Shown: one piece after another, positions 12,001 to 15,916 of the stretch | How the letters are laid out: the number at the start of each line of letters is the position of its first letter | Numbering within the stretch: the first letter of the stretch is position 1 | Translations under genes and position numbers: made by a program | Notes under the pieces: model-generated | The model's database searches: none | Seen by the model: the letters and a program-made list of their open reading frames with translations, nothing else | Told to the model about the DNA's origin: nothing | Source of the DNA: Candidatus Omnitrophota bacterium | Lineage (GTDB): Bacteria; Omnitrophota; Gorgyraeia; Gygaellales; Profunditerraquicolaceae | Direction of reading: 5' to 3' | Assembly (NCBI GenBank): GCA_023819035.1 | Contig: JAMWCL010000002.1 | Location: 1 to 57,336 of the forward strand | Length of the DNA stretch: 57,336 nucleotides

Positions 12001-12328
12001 CGATGACTCGGTTAGTCGTGAGCAACATATCGGTATTTATCGTCAGAATATAGAGGTGGTTAAACAGATTGAAGAGGATATAGCCAAATTAGAAAAGATG
12101 CTTAAGCCTCCTTCAGGGGTTGCTACACCTGAGGTTTTAGAAAAGGCAAAATTAAAGATAAATCTTCCCTCAAAGACGACTACCTGGTTAATAATTATAG
12201 CGATCATTATCTTTTTAGGATTGTTAGCGGGGGTATTCTTCTTCATCTGGCAGGCACAGGTGCGTTCAAGTCAAGAGGTTATCAAACAAGCTAAGGAGTC
12301 ATCTTTTCCCGAAAAAGAAAATAAATAG
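2..12328 (+). CDS. Giant cell-surface repeat protein, 5'-truncated by the window edge (>4,100 aa visible). It has tandem ~100-aa Ig-like beta-sandwich modules, a non-repeat C-terminal region with coiled coil, and a single C-terminal TM anchor.
   Basis: Frame 2 has no stop from nt 2 to the TAG at 12326-12328. The track's TTG start at 59 lies inside a module (YAWNIPVNFQNISETCVIRL...FKIRT). Modules share the pattern W..G....I.W...G....V.I.Y...Y.W.(V/I)P......(R/K)I(R/K)(I/V)...F.I. The only hydrophobic helix is WLIIIAIIIFLGLLAGVFFFIW at ~12184-12249. Confidence 0.85.
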   Translation, partial: YAWNIPVNFQNISETCVIRLRSGSVGGEGTELTAYSPQFKIRTKLLQVTSPSSGEVWYVGDTTKKIRWEAESGKKNDGSWPKVKIEYNVNDGAFKQLIPGQDVIVDCVNGLNEYIWTAGVADEKSDKIKIRISFVDYSDISITSDYFTIYPVINILSPNADSTIKVGSSNNPVSFTYTGSKITLVNVRYDTNNGLGADGQPATGDEFAGVIQDNLAVSGGSAEVMWNSIPDAIYPTAQIKVKVYDTQNPSIQAESQAFRIVGNLVLTAPSGQSTSWTAGSTQNISWNFGGTMRVNVFYNLNSGIGNWTPIAPLSYKDVSGVSGSATLAWDLPLIATNKARIKLEAEGDPGVYSISQEDFKIGAKFEVLNPEDGVALYVGDNYEITWNTFGISGVNYVAIEYTNNDSTGQTWNSITTSAPNSGSWSWIVPGSLADLSNDCRIRIYQYDPANEIDNTVNLGSGLAFRIKPKLIFINPSPPLSWSIGEQHPIKFKKRGAIQKVDLYYSYDGNPLNFTYKINSTPIDISGLADDTEYTYDWTIAEDTPLTPGYTGKIKVKVNEPATQTSVEAVQSNTIEVKGLLTLNTPSAEGISMVYTGPNYMITWTPVGQIQDVKLYYSTNGGYQGGGSYPESNFITQVASSLGQYSWPVPDKIGDNLRIKVCDANNCEAVYDESDYPFTIKGKLTLDVPDTQGIIWEVNTTQQIKWTPTGTWSSVEIHYDTDGDFSDGQNTFPFKSTGALTPNDGIEDWIVPDKISSNVKIRIRDPDHPDVQAISSYPFSIVGKINSVTSPSSGEVWYVGDTTKKIRWEAESGKKNDGSWPKVKIEYNVNDGAFKQLIPGQDVIVDCVNGLNEYIWTAGVADEKSDKIKIRISFVDYSDISITSDYFTIYPVINILSPNADSTIKVGSSNNPVSFTYTGSKITLVNVRYDTNNGLGADGQPATGDEFAGVIQDNLAVSGGSAEVMWNSIPDAIYPTAQIKVKVYDTQNPSIQAESQAFRIVGNLVLTAPSGQSTSWTAGSTQNISWNFGGTMRVNVFYNLNSGIGNWTPIAPLSYKDVSGVSGSATLAWDLPLIATNKARIKLEAEGDPGVYSISQEDFKIGAKFEVLNPEDGVALYVGDNYEITWNTFGISGVNYVAIEYTNNDSTGQTWNSITTSAPNSGSWSWIVPGSLADLSNDCRIRIYQYDPANEIDNTVNLGSGLAFRIKPKLIFINPSPPLSWSIGEQHPIKFKKRGAIQKVDLYYSYDGNPLNFTYKINSTPIDISGLADDTEYTYDWTIAEDTPLTPGYTGKIKVKVNEPATQTSVEAVQSNTIEVKGLLTLNTPSAEGISMVYTGPNYMITWTPVGQIQDVKLYYSTNGGYQGGGSYPESNFITQVASSLGQYSWPVPDKIGDNLRIKVCDANNCEAVYDESDYPFTIKGKLTLDVPDTQGIIWEVNTTQQIKWTPTGTWSSVEIHYDTDGDFSDGQNTFPFKSTGALTPNDGIEDWIVPDKISSNVKIRIRDPDHPDVQAISSYPFSIVGKINSVTSPSSGEVWYVGDENKEIRWDATGTVTHVDIAYKTSLGGAYNTIVAGDPGHSAGANSYSWPVVGDIKSETVYIRVCPAGTEERCAESAEFKIRPKITVTINDADGRLPVGSYIDTPLIKWTCSSQSQTPSVNVLYDLYNGNGPDGLPNTNDEYQGVIANLVPVGAGSTGIPWYNDGQGVPDEMTSQPTLKIKVVDSSSPSVFGLSNVPLKIVGDLTLLKPTTGGAENGEYLKVGQDFLIQWAKKGTALTQVTLWYSDDGGQDGFVHPILPLGTEYIPAGSTGGQYTWVNIPNTTSNNVIVRISDYNDPETKAFSPAIHIQSILDIRTPDGGETWAAGDDREIIWTVSGKTRYVKLQYAINGGGANDTWYDIAEHDNQNTWTAPPDPPAEFSYLWMNIPEQAVSNNVKIRVIDKADEENWNESASVFRIRPSVTVISPNGNEEWLVGSTQYIKWSLKGTVNVVDVLYSVDGGNYNYILYQGQPADNIPASLGGGEGLAWEIPNEVSSQVRIKIIGDNDVTIVDTSDTNFKIVGQINFSPAVPAPGDEVWYVGTNKTVGFTKLGQIPTLKLQYCTNDICTGEGDWTTIPGAENITELSHQFVIPDALGQGVRIRAASADPNRPAIPAVSGSIEIADIITIISPSGDERWPVGTTQAIEWKTNGSLANVKIEYSLDGTTQPIEWVSPPITNSTPSNSQGQIITFNWPISAGATTTSKAVIRISDANPNTGTQSAISNLFRIVGSFIFTSPTSSSVWPVTQGYINNPPQTISWTTNGVIPLVNLWYYSTSGPQPGTFVKINDQPINVQGTSGSYLWNVPDAISNAVRLRIEDATDPYIDEEHPGTSQVSSTFTICGALQLISPLAGTVLKVAPSPLTPNTISWNYNGSLGNLNIFYSLDGCNGPWSQINASPVPSVDRSYYWQTPENIMTPNACIKVENTESGSLYVKSDSGGGFNIVARIEIDEPDAGDTILAGEDYEIRWNKWGSGCQYVKIELSTDGINYDKIITESTGADVGAFLWLKDALVNASDNITKTARIRISDTNAELPSSAESGLFTIQAQFSFNPIVLPLEVGSQYDIVWTKKGNIPYVLLQYSTDNFEDDKRNAVTNINGDTTTLVPNVGGQNDPPSRARYTWTVPDIIDPMDIKGIHLIGADQVKLRVSDPNNSNAVAVSNEFKIIPKFKVTSPDGNADPNLTERLKVGLPYEITWTCSSDQTNVPYVRILYSTTGGPPYDKLITSSTANDGSYAWITANGGVPNDISTQVRIRIEDATDRAYTAYDESDNNFKIISNFTLNTPNGNAVYEVGRPWTISWSNKGTVNNVELSYSINGEDFSDPIIIASSVANNPDPINGGGSYETVVPNGISYNVRVRVRSLTDDGYDISDNNFRIRGRIEDVVVNNNQPVPIHQDVPITWTTYGTVPYVDILYDLYDGKGCDGTEGTQDDYWNPGPDKVCGTSDDYLNVIALNLPNCIPQAPALSCNGSATWTYVPDEPTPLGRIKISDSRTNPDNTDVKGISPRFNIIGNFTIISPNGNEDLRVGTQHNITWRWGGTIPQVRLFYTKNPSPNPEDVPENDWIEIDPEVIKDYSNDGKGDGSGDAERSYLWTVPDDIAPKVRIKIQDYNDPTVRDYSDNFFKIRGAFTLISPNGHPEINLAERWVTNEKHNISWITYGTIPYVRLQYSNDDFISDIHEIIPEPPYTVANCLPQAPELTCTGSYQWTIPNAVLKDDKGMYLNYNAVKVRIIDPNDPPTQDDPGVADVSDNNFKIDHYKITWKLYDLTTGEPLTNLSYTEKITGTDIVNRTGGGLTTPVILPTTYGTWTTTWIASGYGEKGQNFVADSDQSFTLFLETTVIHIWRAYSEFAYQPPETEPPTPDILNISSWLERDGAVVSGAVVPDVYLYDGLSLIKRLTAIKNEDDPQPGKITIYYCQDIPLGAVEIWVGQREDGTERTVQDIVNEVAPWIVSQETINESAFTGFFKQTWTDTPLESGKVYNTITDIMNKSGAHFRTPGSFEITAAKSLQEMQATVNSVLNKPISEVSQELQEALNTQTQLINQMMTEQTNIITQKTNEMQETINTTMERFENTTRESLDLLASGAKQAVEAGQTLEYTALKYSWKATVSPDPALVNDMITLQCQGQPGKTPFLTIYSWDNKYIVRDVPLKESSTPGLYIYEFKADSRFTPGKAYTYTIIEYDTDGFVTGSGMVESMSITTVAGLASAAPEAERAAKNALEAIKAVEAVLASADTANVALTLRNLKDSIEALPAVLMREGPTARIVEAVNNISERLNVILGEEGLDLSTLLEEALSESPTLKEIRKKTDTISMIIDLLLQIVEGKLGGLDTPVVSTSLIAGSVRFRIVAVNPSTIKTHKVQIKNYLPLEVKPKDILDLGGLELEYDSAKGIYYLYKPDLELAPKEVRIFEVEVEDIWTIPESKINELKKHTTDILKLLEKTNYFAEAKAVSDSIYRSLDEIIKSQNDDSVSREQHIGIYRQNIEVVKQIEEDIAKLEKMLKPPSGVATPEVLEKAKLKINLPSKTTTWLIIIAIIIFLGLLAGVFFFIWQAQVRSSQEVIKQAKESSFPEKENK
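143..2359 (+). repeat. Copy 1 of a 2,217-bp in-frame tandem duplication inside the giant gene (739 aa, seven Ig-like modules)
   Basis: Identical to 2360-4576 at every DNA stretch I compared, and across the whole 739-aa translation. The antisense shadow ORFs 1922-2104 and 4139-4321 are identical and offset by exactly 2,217 nt. Confidence 0.95.
2360..4576 (+). repeat. Copy 2 of the 2,217-bp tandem duplication. Identity continues 42 nt further (4577-4618 = 2360-2401 = 143-184) into the next, diverged module.
   Basis: Same as copy 1. The first mismatches are at 142 vs 2359 (left edge) and 2402 vs 4619 (right edge). Confidence 0.95.
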
Positions 12329-12353
12329 ATGCCTTTAAGTTAACTTTTTAAAA

Positions 12354-12390
12354 GGCAACCTCTTGTATAAAAAGGGGTTGTCTTTTTTAT
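12354..12390 (+). terminator. Rho-independent terminator downstream of the giant gene
   Basis: GGCAACCTCT (12354-12363) pairs with AGGGGTTGTC (12373-12382). That is a 10-bp stem with two G-U pairs and a 9-nt loop, followed by TTTTTTAT. Confidence 0.6.
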
Positions 12391-12419
12391 TTAGCATTTT
12401 TTAAAAATAGTGATATAAT
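12391..12419 (+). promoter_or_regulatory. Sigma70-like promoter for the ATPase operon
   Basis: TTAGCA (12391-12396), 17-nt spacer, TATAAT (12414-12419) preceded by TG at 12411-12412 (extended -10). The ATG at 12433 is only 13 nt after the -10 and no SD is visible. Confidence 0.5.
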
Positions 12420-12432
12420 ATATAAAAACAAA

Positions 12433-12666
12433 ATGTTAGATGTAATTGTGGTCAGTGTCCAAAAGAGTATCTTTTCTGGTAAAGCAAAGAGTATAATCTT
12501 TCCAGGGGAAAAGGGGGTATTTGAGATCCTTCCCTTCCACAAGCCCATCTTAAGTAGATTAATCCGGGGAAATCTGGTTATCGACGGAAAAACCTTTTCT
12601 ATCCGAAGAGGAATTGTGGGGTTTAATTATAATAAGGCTTATATAGTTATAGAAGAAGATGGATAG
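12433..12666 (+). CDS. atpC: F-type ATPase epsilon subunit, beta-sandwich domain only (77 aa; the C-terminal helical hairpin is absent)
   Basis: The sequence VSVQKSIFSGKAKSIIFPGEKGVFEILPFHKPILSRLIRGNLVI matches the epsilon N-terminal consensus (lpg.eGe.giLp.H.P.l..L..G). The stop overlaps the next ATG (ATGGATAG). Confidence 0.75.
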   Translation: MLDVIVVSVQKSIFSGKAKSIIFPGEKGVFEILPFHKPILSRLIRGNLVIDGKTFSIRRGIVGFNYNKAYIVIEEDG

Positions 12667-12871
12667 AAATTTAGCATTACTTTTAATTTTTTCTGCTTGT
12701 ATCTTTGGGCCGTGTTGGGTCTTTGCAGTGTGCGCCAAGGCAAGTATTAATGCCTTAGGAAGAAATCCTTCCGCTGCTCCGCGCATATTTACTGCCATGA
12801 TTATTGCCTTGGTCTTCGCCCAGGCAGCAGCGATAATTGCCATGTTAGTTGTATTTCAACTGTTTAGTTAG
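12659..12871 (+). CDS. atpE: F-type ATPase c-subunit-like hairpin protein (70 aa) lacking the ion-binding carboxylate
   Basis: Two hydrophobic helices are joined by the loop GRNPSAAP (canonical ARQPE). Helix 2, TAMIIALVFAQAAAIIAMLVVF, aligns to TTMFIGVALVEALPIIGVV of a canonical c subunit with Q in place of E. It lies between epsilon and b. Confidence 0.7.
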   Translation: MDRNLALLLIFSACIFGPCWVFAVCAKASINALGRNPSAAPRIFTAMIIALVFAQAAAIIAMLVVFQLFS

Positions 12872-12880
12872 GAGGATAAT

Positions 12881-13606
12881 ATGCTTATTGTTTCGTTAGT
12901 GGTAATTCAGGTAATTATCTTTGTAGTTTTATTTTTGTTTTTGCGTAGTAGTTTTAATAAAAATGTAATTAGTGCTACCACCCATCTTGAGCAGTTGTCA
13001 CAGGAATATACCAAGAAACAAGAACAGATAAAAAATCTATATGAGGAAGCCAAACGTCAAACTCAGGAGATTATTGAAAGTTCACGCAAGGATGCCGAAA
13101 AGCAAAGAGAGCAGATCCTGAAGGATGCACAATTAGAAAAAGAAAGGATCTTAAATACCGCCCATCAGCAGGCCAATGAGATTGTAGAGCAGGCAGACAA
13201 AGCAAGAAAGACTTTACTTTCGGAGATAGAAAAGAAGATAGAAGAGAGGGCAATCCAGCGCGCAGGAGATTTATTAAATGAGATTCTTCCTTTGGATCTC
13301 CGTCAGCAGATTCATCAGCACTGGATAGAAGATTTACTTTCGGCAGGGTTTCAGCAATTAGAGCGCCTGCATATACCCGAGGGGATCACCGAGGCAGAGC
13401 TTATCACTGCCTTTGCTTTGGAGCCGATAAAGAAAGAGGTTTTAATAAAAAAGATCCAAGAAAGACTGAATCGTCAGCTTAATTTTAAAGAGAAGGTCGA
13501 CGAAGATATAATTGCAGGTTTAATTGTAAATATTGGAAATCTTGTTTTTGATGGAAGTCTTAGATTAAAGCTCCAGGAGTTAATTAATGCTAAACAGTCA
13601 ACTTAA
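12881..13606 (+). CDS. atpF: F-type ATPase b subunit fused to the C-terminal domain of delta (OSCP)
   Basis: There is an N-terminal TM (LIVSLVVIQVIIFVVLFLFL) and a long charged helix. The C terminus, AELITAFALEPIKKEVLIKKIQERLNRQLNFKEKVDEDIIAGLIVNIGNLVFDGSLRLKLQEL, aligns with the delta C-terminal consensus (...vd.sliGG..i..gd.viDgSv...L..L). Confidence 0.75.
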   Translation: MLIVSLVVIQVIIFVVLFLFLRSSFNKNVISATTHLEQLSQEYTKKQEQIKNLYEEAKRQTQEIIESSRKDAEKQREQILKDAQLEKERILNTAHQQANEIVEQADKARKTLLSEIEKKIEERAIQRAGDLLNEILPLDLRQQIHQHWIEDLLSAGFQQLERLHIPEGITEAELITAFALEPIKKEVLIKKIQERLNRQLNFKEKVDEDIIAGLIVNIGNLVFDGSLRLKLQELINAKQST

Positions 13607-15065
13607 CCAAAAGAGTCAGCCAAGCTTTGAGGTAAAAGAAAAAGGAATCATTACCACTGTCCGCGAATGTATTATAAAGGTTAAAGGGCTTCCCTCCTGT
13701 ATTAACGGTCAGTTGATTGAGTTTAAAGGCGGTGGTCAGGGGATGGTCTTGGGGTTTACCGAGGAGGAGGTTCAGGTTTTAGTTTTGAATTCCAAGGTTA
13801 GTCTCTCTACAGGAGATGAGGTTTACAGTAAAGCAGAGTTCCTTCATCTTCCTGTGGGTGAAGGATTCATCGGCCGTATTGTCAATGCCTTATGCGAACC
13901 CTTAGATGATTTAGGTCCTATCCAGCCCCAAGCTTTTTATCCGGTCTTTGCGGAGGTTCCCGGGGTGATGGATCGTATACCGGTAAAAGAAACCCTGGAG
14001 ACAGGAACCTTGGTTATCGATGCGGTTATACCCATCGCTAAAGGTCAAAGACAACTCCTTATTGGTGACCGCTTAACCGGAAAGACAACAGTAGCGATAG
14101 ATACGATATTAAATCAGAAAGGTAAAGAGGTAATCTGTATTTATTGTTGTATTGGTAAACCCCAGAGTAGCTTAGCAAAGGTCTTGGATCTTCTTAAAGA
14201 AAAGGAGGCGATGTCTTATACAATTGTGGTAAATGGTGTTGCCTCCTGCTCGATGGGAGAACAGTACCTTGCCCCTTATACCGCTGCCATGTTAGGTGAA
14301 TATTTTATGCATCAAGGAAAGGATGTCTTTGTGGTTTTTGATGACTTAACTAAGCATGCCTGGGTTTATCGGCAGATCTCGCTTTTATTGGAGCGCGTTC
14401 CGGGGAGAGAGGCTTATCCTGGAGATATATTTTATATTCACTCCCAGCTTATGGAACGTGCAGGTTACTTAAAACCGGAATTGGGTGGTGGCTCAATGAC
14501 CTTCTTTCCGATTGTGGAGATTTTACAGGGAGATGTTACAGGTTATATCTCAAGTAATCTTATCTCTATGACCGATGGGCAGATCTATTTTAATACCGCT
14601 TTATTTAATAAAGGAATTAGGCCGGCGATCGATTTCGGGCTTTCGGTCTCCCGTATCGGAAACAAGGCCCAATGGCCAGCGATGAAGGCTTTAAGCGGTA
14701 AGTTGCGCTTAGAGTATCTCCAATATCAGGAGCTTCTCCAGATGACCCAGTTGCGTACTACTGGTCTTTCTAAAGAAGCAGAGCAACAGATGAAACGCGG
14801 TCAAGCAATTACCCAGATATTTATCCAGGATAAGAACAGGCCCTTATCCATGGAAGAAGAGATAATTATTCTTTTTGCCTTAAGTATCGGGGTATTAGAT
14901 AATCTTTCAAGTTCTGCGATTAAGGAATTTAAGGAAAAGATTATTGAAATTATTAAAAAGGATTATTCAGATTTACTAGTAGAATTAAGAAGTACTCAGG
15001 TTCTAAGTGATGCCAATATAGAAAGGTTATACGAGGCATTGGATAAATATTTTCAGAATATCTAA
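13587..15065 (+). CDS. atpA: F-type ATPase alpha subunit
   Basis: Walker A GDRLTGKTT, then VFDDLTKHA, REAYPGDIFYIHSQLMERA and ISMTDGQIYF; 492 aa. Confidence 0.92.
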   Translation: MLNSQLNQKSQPSFEVKEKGIITTVRECIIKVKGLPSCINGQLIEFKGGGQGMVLGFTEEEVQVLVLNSKVSLSTGDEVYSKAEFLHLPVGEGFIGRIVNALCEPLDDLGPIQPQAFYPVFAEVPGVMDRIPVKETLETGTLVIDAVIPIAKGQRQLLIGDRLTGKTTVAIDTILNQKGKEVICIYCCIGKPQSSLAKVLDLLKEKEAMSYTIVVNGVASCSMGEQYLAPYTAAMLGEYFMHQGKDVFVVFDDLTKHAWVYRQISLLLERVPGREAYPGDIFYIHSQLMERAGYLKPELGGGSMTFFPIVEILQGDVTGYISSNLISMTDGQIYFNTALFNKGIRPAIDFGLSVSRIGNKAQWPAMKALSGKLRLEYLQYQELLQMTQLRTTGLSKEAEQQMKRGQAITQIFIQDKNRPLSMEEEIIILFALSIGVLDNLSSSAIKEFKEKIIEIIKKDYSDLLVELRSTQVLSDANIERLYEALDKYFQNI

Positions 15066-15068
15066 AAG

Positions 15069-15911
15069 ATGAAGTTACTTTCTCAGATTAAAAAGGATTT
15101 AGAATTTAATCAAGCACTTTTTAATTTGATTGAGGTAATAAAGGAGATCTCCCTTTCTCAATATCATGTGTTAGAAAAACAGAAAAGAGAATTTGGAGAT
15201 CTTTTTGATTGTCTTAAGAATATATTTACGATGATTAGTCTAAGTGAGATTAAGCATCCCTTGCTTGATATACAAGGTCAGCAAGCAGGGGTAATTGCGG
15301 TAACTACCGACACCGGTTTAGTAGGTGGGCTTAATCTTTCGGTAATAAATCTGGCTTTAAAGGAGGTAGAAGAGAATAAAGCTAAATTAATTATTATTGG
15401 AGAAAAAGGTAAGTTTTATGCCCAAGATGCGCAAGTTTCCTTTGTCGCATTTGCTGGGATAAAAGACGATGAATGCCTTAAGCAAGCCCTGGAATTAAGG
15501 GATTACATTATAAAGGAGGAGTTAGAATTAAGGTTAGGTCAATTAAAGATTATCTATCCTTATCCTATCTCAATTGTGGCTCAGCGGGTAGAGACATTAC
15601 AGCTTTTGCCCTTTGTTCTAACTGAGTTTAAGACAAAAGAGGCGTTTTCTTATAAGGAATTAATCCTTGAATCCTCTTTAGAAGATGTCTTAGAATATCT
15701 AATCTATCTTTTGTTAGGCAATAAACTTTATGAGATATTTACCTTAAGCCGCTTAGCAGAATTATCCGCGCGTTTTATGCATTTAGAGGAAAGTAAAACC
15801 AAGATTGAACAGCTTAATCGGCAACTAAGATTACAATACCATCGCCAGCGCCACGAGCTTATTGACCGCACGATGCGCGAACTCTTTGGAGCGCGTCTGG
15901 TCTTCGGTTAA
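15069..15911 (+). CDS. atpG: F-type ATPase gamma subunit
   Basis: 280 aa between alpha and beta. TDTGLVGGLN matches the gamma motif (sd+GLcG..N), and the C-terminal helix is QYHRQRHELIDRTMRELFGA. Confidence 0.85.
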   Translation: MKLLSQIKKDLEFNQALFNLIEVIKEISLSQYHVLEKQKREFGDLFDCLKNIFTMISLSEIKHPLLDIQGQQAGVIAVTTDTGLVGGLNLSVINLALKEVEENKAKLIIIGEKGKFYAQDAQVSFVAFAGIKDDECLKQALELRDYIIKEELELRLGQLKIIYPYPISIVAQRVETLQLLPFVLTEFKTKEAFSYKELILESSLEDVLEYLIYLLLGNKLYEIFTLSRLAELSARFMHLEESKTKIEQLNRQLRLQYHRQRHELIDRTMRELFGARLVFG

Positions 15912-15916
15912 GAATT

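Noticed and set aside
4719-12246. Other short or medium ORFs overlapping the giant gene: + strand alternative-frame 4719-4919 and 5565-5765; - strand 4928-5137, 6397-6822, 6917-7108, 7831-8103, 8537-8788, 11131-11667 and 12043-12246
   Set aside because: All are nested in or antisense to the giant ORF. Their compositions are typical of out-of-frame translation, and nothing supports independent coding.
12559-12843. 94-aa minus-strand ORF antisense to the epsilon and c subunit genes
   Set aside because: It is hydrophobic only because it mirrors the c-subunit gene. The plus-strand genes have recognisable family motifs and operon context.
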